A stretch of DNA of 64,000 nucleotides. Origin: Desulfatiglandales bacterium (lineage in GTDB: Bacteria > Desulfobacterota > DSM-4660 > Desulfatiglandales > Desulfatiglandaceae). Both the position numbers and the translations under genes were made by a program. Shown here piece by piece: positions 10,054 through 20,355 of this stretch. Under the pieces are notes generated by a model. That model saw only the letters and a list, made by a program, of their open reading frames with translations. It had not been told where the DNA came from and ran no database searches. The stretch lies in contig OY759599.1 of NCBI GenBank assembly GCA_963662465.1, forward strand, positions 5,600,001 through 5,664,000, in the 5' to 3' direction. The stretch's first letter is position 1. Each line of letters opens with the position of its first letter.

Positions 10054-10859
10054 AATTTGTAACACACACCACTTTTATTGCCTTCGACATCGAAACCACA
10101 GGCCTTACACCGGTGGTGGACGGCATTGTCGAACTCGGTGCGGTGCGATTCTGTGGAAACCAAGTCATTGATACCTTTGATGAGATGGTAGATCCATTGC
10201 GGCCCATCTCCCGTGGCGCATCATCGGTCAATGGGATTACGGATGAAATGGTTCAGAGAAAGCCCACAATCGAAGAGGTGCTTCCGCGTTTCCTGGAATT
10301 CTTAGGTGATGCAGTGCCGGTGGCCCATCATGCGCCTTTTGATGTGGGGTTTCTGGCCTATGAAATTTCAAGGCTGAATCTTGCGGTCCCAGATCAGCCG
10401 GTGCTGGACACCTGCGTGATCCCCAAAAGACTGTTCCCGCATGTGAGTAGTTACAGCCTCGAAAACCTGGCCCGGTTTTTCAGCCTAAAATCCGAAACCT
10501 TTCACCGCGCCCTGGCTGACTCAATGGTGTGTATGAAAATATTGAACCGATGCGTGGCTGAAATGGGAGAACCTGGGCAGGTATCCCTTTCGGAAATTTT
10601 TGAGATAAACGGCCCTTCCGTGAGCCTTTGCAGTGGCGGGATCGTTCTGGATGCATCCTGTCATCCCCTGCAAGCGGCAATTGAAAACGGCAATGAAATA
10701 GAGATCACTTATCGTGATGCTCGGGGCGCCCTGTCTGCTCGAACCATTACGCCTCTTTCTTTGGGTGTTTCAAAGGGGGCGGTCATGATGGAGGCCTTCT
10801 GCCATTTACGAAAAGGAAAACGAAATTTTAGGTTGGATCGCATCGTGGAGATTCGATGA
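10047..10859 (+). CDS. DEDDh 3'-5' exonuclease (DnaQ-like) fused to C-terminal WYL domain
   Basis: AFDIETTG, AHHAPFDVGFL, HRALADS; C-terminal EITYRD..RTITPL..AFCHLRKGKRNFRLDRI. Confidence 0.9.
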   Translation: MVKFVTHTTFIAFDIETTGLTPVVDGIVELGAVRFCGNQVIDTFDEMVDPLRPISRGASSVNGITDEMVQRKPTIEEVLPRFLEFLGDAVPVAHHAPFDVGFLAYEISRLNLAVPDQPVLDTCVIPKRLFPHVSSYSLENLARFFSLKSETFHRALADSMVCMKILNRCVAEMGEPGQVSLSEIFEINGPSVSLCSGGIVLDASCHPLQAAIENGNEIEITYRDARGALSARTITPLSLGVSKGAVMMEAFCHLRKGKRNFRLDRIVEIR

Positions 10860-11578
10860 TCAGAAAACAGAACGCCATTACCGGGAGTGTAATCTATTCC
10901 CACTTTCGGCATCTCTGCCCCTATCACACCTGGCTCCTTTTTAATGTGGGGTTTACGGAAGTAACGCCTGCCCCTTCAGATCGGATGCTCATGGATACGG
11001 GCATTCGCCATGAAGATGAGGCCCTGAGATATTTCAAGAATCAACTGGGGGATGAGTGTGTTGAAATCCCGGCTGTTGAGGGTCAAAACACCGAGCAGGA
11101 TATGGCGCTCAGGGCCGAGAAAACCGTTGTGGCCATGCAGGAAGGGAAACAGGTTATTTACCACGGTATTCTGGCGCCCGACATGCGCCTGCTTGAAAAT
11201 GCTCTCAGCCCATTGCCTTACGACATTCCCATGCGGGGTGAAACGGATTTTCTCTTCAGGGTGGATACCGGCGAAAAGACCAAATGGGGGCCGTTTCATT
11301 ACGAAGTGGGAGATGCGAAGTTTTCACGGTCCTCAAAATTCTGCCAGCAGATGCAGGTGACGTTCTACGCCTGGCTCCTTGCGCAAATTCAAGGGACGTC
11401 TGCCCAATGCGGCAGAATTTTAACCCGGCCCCTGGGTGAGGAAGTGGTGGACGGCAGGACCGTCCTGCGGTCGGAAGGGATTACCCTCGCAAACCATTTC
11501 AAGCGGTGGTACTTTCATGCAAAGGAATCACAGACAATCGTGGAGGCCACTGAGTTCGCTGGAAAGCTTAGTGAATAA
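10856..11578 (+). pseudogene. Chimeric ORF: TM0106 nuclease N-terminus (PD-(D/E)XK) fused in frame to the last ~46 aa of the SF1 helicase
   Basis: GIRHE, VIYHGIL, GETDFL, YEVGDAKFSRSSK..QVTFYAWLL, then EEVVDGRTVLRSEGITLANHFKRWYF nearly identical to the end of ORF 1258..2730. Confidence 0.85.
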
Positions 11579-11630
11579 TTCCGGGAGCGGGTAGAAGCAG
11601 CAATGCTCTATTGCCAGCATCAAAATTGGG
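11437..11630 (+). repeat. Direct repeat copy 2 (partner at 2592..2785)
   Basis: Direct nucleotide comparison. Confidence 0.92.
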
Positions 11631-11816
11631 AGGATGAAATAAGAAAATATACATGGGCGCCAGCAAAGAAAAAAACGAATCCCAAAATCCTTGATGGGAT
11701 CAAAATGTTGTAAGTTGAGAGGTCCTAACGCAGGCTATGCCCGCAACCCAAGGTTTGAAAAACTACCATCAGAAAAAACCTCAAAGAGCCGCTATATGAG
11801 CAGGTCCTCAGCGCTA

Positions 11817-12677
11817 TCAAGAAATTTTCTTGTTTTTTGTTCTACCTGTGAAATACCGTGATACAAAGTGGCCGATGGCGTCGGCGTATCGCGGATCCAG
11901 ACTCGAACTGCTGTGATCGGACCCCTTGGCCACGAATAATGCCGCTTTTCCCGCAGGGAAAGAATCCCGCAACCGCCAGGCATTGTGCAGGGGAAAGCTC
12001 CGATCCTTTTCGCCGTGAATGATCAACACCGGTACATCGATGGTTCGGGCCAATCGTACGGGACTTATGGAATCCATTTGAAACCGGTAATAGATATCCA
12101 TCCAGAAAACGATCATGGACCCGAAAAGAAGGCCGAAAAGAGGGTTAACACTTCGGTAAAGACTGCGCAGACCTTCTTTTGTCCGCGCGTAACACCCTTC
12201 CAGAAATAGAAGTCTGATCCGGTCCGGATGCCGGGAGGCCGCCAGGATGGCCCCGGCAGCCCCGGCTGAATGCCCATACAGGAGGACCGGTTCGTCCAGC
12301 CCACCGAGAATAGATTCGATATCCTCGGCAAAACGAAAAGCGTTCATGCCGCGGTTGGGGGTGGAATGGCCATGGTCCCTGGCACTGTGCATGACCGTCT
12401 TAAACCCCAGTTTCCCAAAAACCCTGGCCCGGCCCGTCATGCGGTCCCGGTTTCGGCTCCAGCCATGGGCCAGCAGAACAGTCCCCCTGGACGGCGTTTC
12501 AGGTTCCACGATCCATACTTCCAGCATTCCCCCGTCCACGGCGGGAATCTGAATATCTTTAACACGACCCCAGTCGGGTTTATCCTGAACCGGCCTGCGA
12601 GGGATTTGATGGGCCAGAACCGTTAGAAAAAGCGTCGACAGAAGATAGATCGCCACAACAATCATCAGGACCCACAT
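11817..12677 (-). CDS. Alpha/beta hydrolase with N-terminal membrane anchor
   Basis: LAHGW, GHSAG nucleophile motif, IIHGEKD, GSDH. Confidence 0.88.
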   Translation of the reverse strand: MWVLMIVVAIYLLSTLFLTVLAHQIPRRPVQDKPDWGRVKDIQIPAVDGGMLEVWIVEPETPSRGTVLLAHGWSRNRDRMTGRARVFGKLGFKTVMHSARDHGHSTPNRGMNAFRFAEDIESILGGLDEPVLLYGHSAGAAGAILAASRHPDRIRLLFLEGCYARTKEGLRSLYRSVNPLFGLLFGSMIVFWMDIYYRFQMDSISPVRLARTIDVPVLIIHGEKDRSFPLHNAWRLRDSFPAGKAALFVAKGSDHSSSSLDPRYADAIGHFVSRYFTGRTKNKKIS

Positions 12678-12753
12678 GAATAATCGGCAACTCCCTTCCT
12701 TATTTTTAACTTAAAACTTAAAACCGTGCCTGAACGGGGTTTTCGTTCAGCCA

Positions 12754-13176
12754 CTATTTGAGAGCTGCCGTTATCTTTTCGGCAGTCGCCTTGATATCAT
12801 CTATATTCCCCGGTTTAATTTCCCACGCTGAAACCGGAAGGGCCGGCCCCCCGGGGATTTTCGGGATCAGGTGGAGGTGGTAGTGCATCACCACCTGGTT
12901 CACGCCCCGCCCATTCAGCTGAACGCAGGCGACACCCGAGGGCTTCAAGGCCGCCTCAATCCCCGCCATAACCTTTTTTGAGGCCCTGTGTACGGCGGTA
13001 AGATCTTCTTCGGAAATTTCCATAAGATTGGCCGCATGGTTTTTGGGAATAATCAGGGTATGCCCCGGCGATACGGGGTTAATATCCGCAAAGGCCAGAA
13101 CCTGATCATCCTCGTACACCTTGAAACTGGGAATTTCGCCTTTGACAATTTTACAAAAGATGCAATCTTCCATCAT
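12754..13176 (-). CDS. HIT family protein
   Basis: DCIFCKI, DINP..PGHTLIIPK, HYHLHLIP. Confidence 0.95.
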   Translation of the reverse strand: MMEDCIFCKIVKGEIPSFKVYEDDQVLAFADINPVSPGHTLIIPKNHAANLMEISEEDLTAVHRASKKVMAGIEAALKPSGVACVQLNGRGVNQVVMHYHLHLIPKIPGGPALPVSAWEIKPGNIDDIKATAEKITAALK

Positions 13177-13185
13177 TTGAGCTCC

Positions 13186-13530
13186 TTAGGGCTGAATAGC
13201 CAGATTGTTTTCTTGAATAATACCCTGAATTGCCAGTCTCTTTTCTTCAGAAACGACAGGGTTCTTTTTGAGATTCATGCTGCGCATGACGTCATAGGCG
13301 CCATCCTCAAAAAGCACCGGAATCTGAGTGACGTAATCCGGATGATGACAGCAACCCGGCGCAAAATAACGTCCGGCTTTTTTTCCCTCCGGAAGCGTCT
13401 TTCGGGCCCTGTCATACATGTCCCGGCCCATGACCATGCCCACCTGCCCGTTGAGGGCGGCAACCATTTGTTCTGGATTAAAAAGTCTCTTCTTTTCCAC
13501 CGTTGTTTTTTCCTCCGGTCCCCGTGTCAA
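13186..13530 (-). CDS. Hypothetical protein
   Basis: Fills the operon gap between the kinase and HIT genes on the same strand; start uncertain. Confidence 0.65.
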   Translation of the reverse strand: MTRGPEEKTTVEKKRLFNPEQMVAALNGQVGMVMGRDMYDRARKTLPEGKKAGRYFAPGCCHHPDYVTQIPVLFEDGAYDVMRSMNLKKNPVVSEEKRLAIQGIIQENNLAIQP

Positions 13531-14548
13531 GATTATCGGATAGGTTTATCTCCGAAACAAGGCGTTTAAGGGGGTTTAGGCCGTGATCTGAAACTTTCTC
13601 AAGCAGCGACCCAAGGCTTTTCAGGGCATGGGGAATATAGGCCTCAAAATAGGTTTTTTTCATGACCTTTGACAGAAATGAAAAGGCGCCCAGGATTTGA
13701 AGGTTCCGCTGAATGGCCAGGTAGGGGTAGTCCCTTTCAAAGGGTGCGACCCATGCGGGGTTTCGGTCTTTTACCAGCGCGATATAGGCGTTGTAAATCT
13801 TCTGTTTTTGATGACCGGACAACCGGACATAGGGGTCCACGAGGAGGGACGCCAGGTCATAGGCCAGGGGCCCAAACCGACCGCCCTGCCAATCGATGAT
13901 CCCGATTTTTTGATCCATTACCATGATGTTTCTGGATTGAAAGTCCCGATGAATGAAAAACCCGGCCTCCGCCCGGGACGCCAGATCTGCCAAATGATCA
14001 AAGGCGGCTTCAAGGCCCGGCCATGAGGGTTCATATCCCAGAAAACCCACCAGAAAGGCATCCCTGAAATAGTGGGCTTCATACTGTTGCATCACGGTCC
14101 GATCATAACGTTCGGTCTGGCAGCACCATGTGGGATCAAACCCTTCCCCCCCCTTGACCTGCATCCGAAACAGATGGGCCAGAACCTTATCATAAACGGG
14201 AACGGGGTCTTTGCCCGCCAGAACCACGTCCTGAAGGTTTGTATGGCCCAGATCCTCCATAATAAACCACCCTTTGCCAAGGTCGTATTGATGAATGGCG
14301 GGAAGCGGAATCTCTTTTTGTCCAAGGTGTCGGGCAATGGCGAGGTAGGCGCGATTTTCGCGGTCCAAGGCCTCCGTCACCGGGGGATTGGCCATGGCAA
14401 TGAACGATCGCTTTGATTTTAACCCATTAATCCGCCAGAAAACACGTGGGGAACCATCGCCTTGCAGCTGATCAAAGGACACGGCTGTTTCACCAGGGTT
14501 CGCTATTTTAAAAAAAGCCGTGAGATTCTTTTTGAATTCCGGGTCCAT
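13478..14548 (-). CDS. amgK: Aminoglycoside-phosphotransferase-family kinase, AmgK-like (anomeric MurNAc/GlcNAc kinase)
   Basis: GDGSPR, MEDLG, HRDFQSRNIM, IDWQG, YDLASLL; adjacent to nucleotidyltransferase and nagZ. Confidence 0.75.
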   Translation of the reverse strand: MDPEFKKNLTAFFKIANPGETAVSFDQLQGDGSPRVFWRINGLKSKRSFIAMANPPVTEALDRENRAYLAIARHLGQKEIPLPAIHQYDLGKGWFIMEDLGHTNLQDVVLAGKDPVPVYDKVLAHLFRMQVKGGEGFDPTWCCQTERYDRTVMQQYEAHYFRDAFLVGFLGYEPSWPGLEAAFDHLADLASRAEAGFFIHRDFQSRNIMVMDQKIGIIDWQGGRFGPLAYDLASLLVDPYVRLSGHQKQKIYNAYIALVKDRNPAWVAPFERDYPYLAIQRNLQILGAFSFLSKVMKKTYFEAYIPHALKSLGSLLEKVSDHGLNPLKRLVSEINLSDNLDTGTGGKNNGGKEETF

Positions 14549-14570
14549 AATCCGCCTGAAAAACCCCAGG

Positions 14571-15473
14571 TTATCGAATATCGTCCATTAAATTTTCCGT
14601 TACCTCACCGGCTGTGGCAACGATGCTGTCAATGATCTTGACGTCTTTTCCGACAATGACATTTCCCCATAAAATGGAACGAACCACCGATGCGTTTTTT
14701 TCCAGAGAGACCCTATCCCCCAGAACGGCCCAATCCTTCAACCGGGCATGGTCATGAATCCGGCAGTCCCGGCCCAATAGAAAAGGGGCGCCGTTTAATG
14801 TTTCCCGGTTGGCTTCAATATAGCTTTCAATGGTTCCCGCATCCCGCCAGTAATGGTTTTGCACCAGATGTCCCCGTAGGGGGCGGTTTTCCCGAATAAG
14901 GGCGCGATAACATTCCAGGATGCAGGAAAAACGATCGGGCGGAATATGGTCCAGCACTTCGGGGTTCATAATGTGGATGCCCGTAAACGCCAACCGTCCC
15001 GTTTTCGGTTCGGCGCTAATATCGAGAATATTCCGGTTTTCATCGACTTTGATCTGATTAAAGGGTTTGAAGTCGTGAAGTACCAGCGTTGCTAAATCAC
15101 CTCTTTTTTGATGGGTTTCATAGGCCAGGGAAAGATCGATATCCGTCAGGATATCCCCGTTCACCACAATGAAGGGTTCGGTGTCCCAGAACCATCGGGT
15201 TTTTCGGATGCCGCCGCCCGTGCCCAGGATCTCCGGCTCCTCACTGACATGAATCCGGATGCCGAAAGGCCGTCCTTCATCCAGATAATCGTAAATCTGG
15301 TTCCGGTGATGGTGCGCGTTCACCACGATCTCATCCACCCCGTGGGCTTTCAGCCAGGTAATGGTGTGGTAAATGATGGCCCTGTTTCCCACGGGGACCA
15401 GGGGTTTGGGCCGGCTTAATGTGAGGGGCAAAAGCCGGTTTCCCATGCCGGCGGCCAGAATCATTGCTTTCAT
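14571..15473 (-). CDS. NDP-sugar synthase / MurU-like nucleotidyltransferase
   Basis: MKAMILAAGMGNRLLPLT..PKPLVPV, ILGTGGGI, VNGDIL. Confidence 0.85.
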   Translation of the reverse strand: MKAMILAAGMGNRLLPLTLSRPKPLVPVGNRAIIYHTITWLKAHGVDEIVVNAHHHRNQIYDYLDEGRPFGIRIHVSEEPEILGTGGGIRKTRWFWDTEPFIVVNGDILTDIDLSLAYETHQKRGDLATLVLHDFKPFNQIKVDENRNILDISAEPKTGRLAFTGIHIMNPEVLDHIPPDRFSCILECYRALIRENRPLRGHLVQNHYWRDAGTIESYIEANRETLNGAPFLLGRDCRIHDHARLKDWAVLGDRVSLEKNASVVRSILWGNVIVGKDVKIIDSIVATAGEVTENLMDDIR

Positions 15474-15565
15474 GGGTCAAATTTTCCATTGCATTTGTTT
15501 GTTACTGATTATACATGATGAAGGCTCATGTCAATGTTGTTTTTCTTGTGAAGGAAGGATCACCC

Positions 15566-16687
15566 ATGCATTCCACCCTTGAGCTTTCAGAACTTCATCA
15601 CCATATCGGCAGATTGTTTATGGCCGGTATGCCCGGCCCCCATTTGGATGAGGGAACCGTTTCACTTATTCGAGACAGGGGGCTGGGAGGAATCATTCTC
15701 TTTAAAAGAAATATTGTTGAACCACTTCAGGTGGCGGCGCTTTGCAATGATCTTCAGGAAACCGCCATGAAATACCATGGCATTCCACTTTTTCTGGGCG
15801 TAGACCAGGAAGGCGGACGCGTGGCCCGTTTGCGGGAACCCTTCACCTGTTTTCCCGGAAACAGCGCCATTGGCCATGGCCCCCATTCCGAGGAAATGGC
15901 CGCCCGGTTCGGCCGGGTGACGGCAACGGAAATGCGGTTGGTGGGGCTCAACATGAATATGGCGCCGGTACTGGATGTGCCCAGGGGGTCAGTTGACAAA
16001 CACCTGGAAGGTCGAACCTTCGGCGAGGACCCGGAAAAAGTGGGCAGACTGGGGCGAATCGTTATCAAAACCCTTCAGGAAAATGGCGTTATGGCCGTGG
16101 GAAAACACTTTCCCGGATTGGGAAAGGCACGTCTGGACCCTCATTTACATCTTCCCACCATCGAAGCGGAGAAAAACGAAATTGAAACCGTCAACCTGCC
16201 GCCCTTTCAGGCGGCCATCGGGGAAGGGGTTTCCGCCATCATGACATCCCATGCTCTTTACCCAAGCCTGGATGTGGATTATCCGGCGACCCTTTCTTAT
16301 TCGATCCTTACGGAATTGCTGCGGGGCCGAATGGGGTTTCAAGGACTGATCGTTACGGATGATCTGGAAATGGGCGCCATTAGAGAGGGGCAGGGTAAGG
16401 AAACGCCAGGCGTGGCCGAGGGTGCGGTAAAAGCCTTTGAGGCGGGAAATGATGTCTTGCTGATTTGTGAAAACCAAAGGCTTGTGTGGGAGGCCATGGA
16501 TAACGTGAGAAACCGGCTTTTTGCAAATGAAGCGCTGCTTTCCCGGCTTCATGCATCGGTAAGCCGCATCATGGCCGCCAAGGAGAAAATAGGAAACTGG
16601 GAGCCTGCTTCCCTGGAAAAGGTGAAACGCTATTTTGAGGGGAAAAACGGAAAACAAAACACCTCACAGATCCATCATTCATTTTGA
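15566..16687 (+). CDS. nagZ: Beta-N-acetylhexosaminidase (GH3)
   Basis: VDQEGGRVARL, APVLDV, KHFPGLG..DPH, VTDDLEMGA. Confidence 0.92.
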   Translation: MHSTLELSELHHHIGRLFMAGMPGPHLDEGTVSLIRDRGLGGIILFKRNIVEPLQVAALCNDLQETAMKYHGIPLFLGVDQEGGRVARLREPFTCFPGNSAIGHGPHSEEMAARFGRVTATEMRLVGLNMNMAPVLDVPRGSVDKHLEGRTFGEDPEKVGRLGRIVIKTLQENGVMAVGKHFPGLGKARLDPHLHLPTIEAEKNEIETVNLPPFQAAIGEGVSAIMTSHALYPSLDVDYPATLSYSILTELLRGRMGFQGLIVTDDLEMGAIREGQGKETPGVAEGAVKAFEAGNDVLLICENQRLVWEAMDNVRNRLFANEALLSRLHASVSRIMAAKEKIGNWEPASLEKVKRYFEGKNGKQNTSQIHHSF

Positions 16688-17843
16688 CATGGACGCCTTT
16701 TACCCGGCGGTGGAGGTTCTTGACAATCCCGAATTCAAAGGGAAGGCGGTTATTGTGGGCGGCAGCAGGGAAAGGGGCGTTGTGTCTTCCGCTTCCTACG
16801 AGGCGCGGCGGTTCGGCGTTCACGCTGCTCAACCCATAGCAACCGCCATGCGCCTTTGCCCAAACGCAATTTTTTTGCACGGCAGAATGCATCGGTATCA
16901 GGAGCTTTCAAAACGAATTTTTGAGATTTTTGCGCGTTTCACGCCTTTGGTCGAGCCACTTTCCATAGACGAGGCGTTCCTTGACGTCACCGGCTCCATG
17001 CGCCTTCTCGGAGACCCCATCGAAATCGCAAAAAAAGTGAAAGCAATGGTTCTGGGGGAAATCGGGCTTACGGTTTCGGCGGGTGTTGCGCCGTCCAAGT
17101 TTGTTGCAAAGATTGCCTCCGACATGGATAAACCTGATGGGTTGACGGTTGTAATGCCGGACAGGGTTGGCGCATTTTTGGATCCACTTCCCATAAAGAA
17201 GATGTGGGGCGTCGGGAAAGTGACGCAAAAAATTTTAGCGCAGCTCAACATTCATACATTCAAGGATTTAAGGCTTTGCAACCCGGATGTTCTGGAACGA
17301 AAATTCGGGAAACACGGGGCCGACATGCATTTTTTATCCATGGGCATGGATGAAAGGGATGTTGTCCCTGGGCATGAAACCAAGTCCGTGGGGCACGAAC
17401 AAACCTTCAGGCATGACATCATGGATTTGGCGGATGCAAAAAAGGCGCTTCTGGCTTTGGCGACCCAGGTGGCCCGCAGGATGCGCAAAGCAAAATTGAC
17501 GGGGAAAACCGTTTCCCTGAAAGTCAAATATCATGACTTCCAGCAAATCACCCGGGCGGCAGCACTTCCTAAATTCACCAATGACGGTTTTGAGATATAC
17601 CGGGCGGCATGCGACCTCCTTCAAAAAACAGCGGTTGGCAAACGGCCGGTCCGGCTTCTGGGCATCTCCTTATCCCAACTCGGTTTTGCTCATACGGAAA
17701 GACAACTATCCCTTTTTAACGATGGTCCATCATTTCAGAAAAGGGAGGAACTGAACATCGCTCTTGACGCAATTCTTGAAAAACACGGCGACAAAAGTGT
17801 CCAACCCGCCACGCTTTTACCCGAGAAAGAGAAGGATTCTTAG
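16635..17843 (+). CDS. dinB: DNA polymerase IV
   Basis: HFDMDAFY, ASYEARRFGV, SIDEAFLD, AKIASDMDKPDG; start uncertain, overlaps nagZ. Confidence 0.95.
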   Translation: MRGKTENKTPHRSIIHFDMDAFYPAVEVLDNPEFKGKAVIVGGSRERGVVSSASYEARRFGVHAAQPIATAMRLCPNAIFLHGRMHRYQELSKRIFEIFARFTPLVEPLSIDEAFLDVTGSMRLLGDPIEIAKKVKAMVLGEIGLTVSAGVAPSKFVAKIASDMDKPDGLTVVMPDRVGAFLDPLPIKKMWGVGKVTQKILAQLNIHTFKDLRLCNPDVLERKFGKHGADMHFLSMGMDERDVVPGHETKSVGHEQTFRHDIMDLADAKKALLALATQVARRMRKAKLTGKTVSLKVKYHDFQQITRAAALPKFTNDGFEIYRAACDLLQKTAVGKRPVRLLGISLSQLGFAHTERQLSLFNDGPSFQKREELNIALDAILEKHGDKSVQPATLLPEKEKDS

Positions 17844-20355
17844 CATTCAGTTGTAAATATGCCCTTTTTTGAACGGACGATATGCCTTAATGTCGTCTCA
17901 TTGCTCGCCTTCAACCATTTTTCCTGAAAACGGGGTTGTTGCACTATCTCCGCGATGGCGGACAAGGCATAGAGATGGTAATCCCGCTGATTGGGCGTTC
18001 CCAAAAGAACAAAGACCGCTGTTACCTTAGGCGCCAACCTGGAAAAATGAATGCCCTCCCTGCAGCGGGCCATCAAAATGAAGAAAGTATTTTCGCCTTC
18101 AATGATAATATGCGGAATCGCCAGATCCGGTCTGAGGGCCGTGCTGCCCTCCTGTTCCCTTTCCATAAGCAACTGAAAGAGCGTTTCCACCGGTAGGTTT
18201 AAAGGCTCGAAACGGTTTCGGCCACCTGACGAAAAAAGAGATCATAGTTTAGAGATTTTTCCAAATCCAATACGATGCTTTGTTCAATCAGCTGATCAAA
18301 CCTTGCCGCATGTACCCCATCTCTTTCCTGAATCACCTCTTCCACCTCCTTTTTGAAGCCCCGGGATGCCATTTCCGGTGAAGCGACCCTTCCCACCATA
18401 TGAACGATGGCATGTTCCGGGTGTTCACTGAATTGCAACATCATCTGTTCCAAACTTGCGCGGGAACCGAAAACCGTCAACCAGTCGCCCACTTGAAACC
18501 GCGTAAATCCCCCCGTCACCATCATCTCGCCCTGGCGGCGAATTGACAGGATATGAAGATCCAGTGGAAGGTGCAGATCCCTTATGGCCATGCCTGAAAA
18601 GTCTTCGTTGCGCAATTCAAATTCGATGACCTCCCGCCCTTTTTCCAAGCCCAGGAGAAGGGTTGCCGTTGACGGAGACCGCACAAACTGATCCATGAGA
18701 CTCACAATGGCGGTGGAAGGTTCCACAACCATGGCGCCGAGATCAGAAAATCGTTTGAAATGCTTATGATTATTTAAACGAACCATCACATTTCGCGTGC
18801 CGAAATTCTCATAAACCAACTCGCAAATCCGGTAATTGTCTTCATCGGACAGCATGGCAACGATGGAATCCGCTCGCCCGGCCCCCAATTTTTGCAGCGT
18901 TTGGATGTTGATATGGGAAATGGGATGAATCTCGATTTCCGCATCTCCGGCCATCTGCTGCACATAACGGATTTGCGTGGCGGCGATTTTGACCTCCCAA
19001 TTGTTGGATTGCAGCAATCGAGCCAAGGCGAGGGAATCTCCCTCCAAACCGAAGATCAAGGCATCCCGAACGCTGCCATGGGAACAATCTCCCCCCCGAG
19101 ACGGTACTTCTTTAGCCAGAAAAAGAGCCCACTTGAAAAACGGCGGCCCCACAATTTGGTTCATGACGATGACGGCAATGATGATCGTCGCGAAAGTCGC
19201 CCCCCACTCGGGAAATTCCACAGCCACCTGTTTCGCCAGTCCCAACCCCACCCCCGCCTGGGTAATATAGCACATCCAGCTGATTTTGTTGTATTGATTC
19301 GCTTCTCCCGAAAGAAGGCCGCCGCCATAGGATCCGATGAAAATGCCGACCAGACGAATGGCAAACAGCGCCAGGGAAATCATCCAGCAATGGGCCAGGA
19401 CATCCAGCGCCAGGGAAGCGCCGGTAAGGGTAAAGAAAAGAACATATACAAAGGGCGCGATATCATGGAGTACTTTCATGAGCTCCGTGCGGTAATGGCT
19501 GTAATTGGTGGTCAAAAAACTGCCGACCATACAGATAAGCATGGGTTCCAGCAATACTTCGAAGGTCAAATGCGCCTGGGTGACATGCCGGATTGCCCCG
19601 GACAAAACAAAAACACCGTACCCCGAACCCAGAATGAGGGCGGTCTTCAGGTGCCGATGGAAACGCCCGGACAGGATGAGTTGCACCATTTTTCCAAGCA
19701 AATACCCCACAAACAGGGACAAGCTGAGGTCAAGCGCCAAAATCAGAAGGAACCGAAGCTCAAATTCCCGACCCGTCAACAATGTAGCAGCCACAGACAC
19801 GTTAATGCTGAACACCACGATAACGACCACATCCATGATCACCGTGACGCCCAGTGCGGTTTTGGTAAAAGGGCCTTTGGCCCTCAATTCATTGACCACC
19901 GCAATGGCGGACGACGGGGACCTGGCCACGAGGATGGCGCCCACCAGAATGGAAACCGCGGCCCTGTGAAGCGGCGGCATGGCTTTGGTAAAAGGGATGC
20001 ATTCGGAAAGCAGAAAAAAAGAGACCGACCCCAAAGTGAACGTAGCGAGAACCAATCCAAGGGTTACGCAGCGAATGCTTTTAAAACGGCCCCTCAGTTG
20101 CCGAACATACAATTCGTTGCCCGCGGCAAACGCAATAAAGGCCAGGGATATCTCATCAACGAAACCCAGTGCTTCGATGGTATGAATGGGAATCAGTTTC
20201 AGGATATAAGGACCCGCAATCATTCCGGTTAATAGGAATCCGCTGATTAAGGGAAGCTTTAACCGGTAGAAAAATTCTCCGATCTGTTTTGCCGCCAAGG
20301 CAACCAGAAGAAAGCCCGCGATCAGCGCAAACCAAATTTGACCGTCATTGACCAT
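17840..20355 (-). CDS. Cation:proton antiporter with TrkA-N/TrkA-C and C-terminal PTS EIIA-like domain; split by a frameshift near 18199
   Basis: Multi-TM N-terminus, RCK domains; ORF 18199..20355 ends at ETVSSL* while the neighbouring frame continues PLNLPVETLFQLLMEREQEGST..AIPH (EIIA motif). Confidence 0.8.

Noticed and set aside
11715..11750. cctaac motif suggesting an integron attC site
   Set aside because: No matching GTTRRRY arm, second cassette or integrase found
18892..20232. Long + strand ORF (446 aa)
   Set aside because: Antisense shadow of the antiporter gene; no motifs
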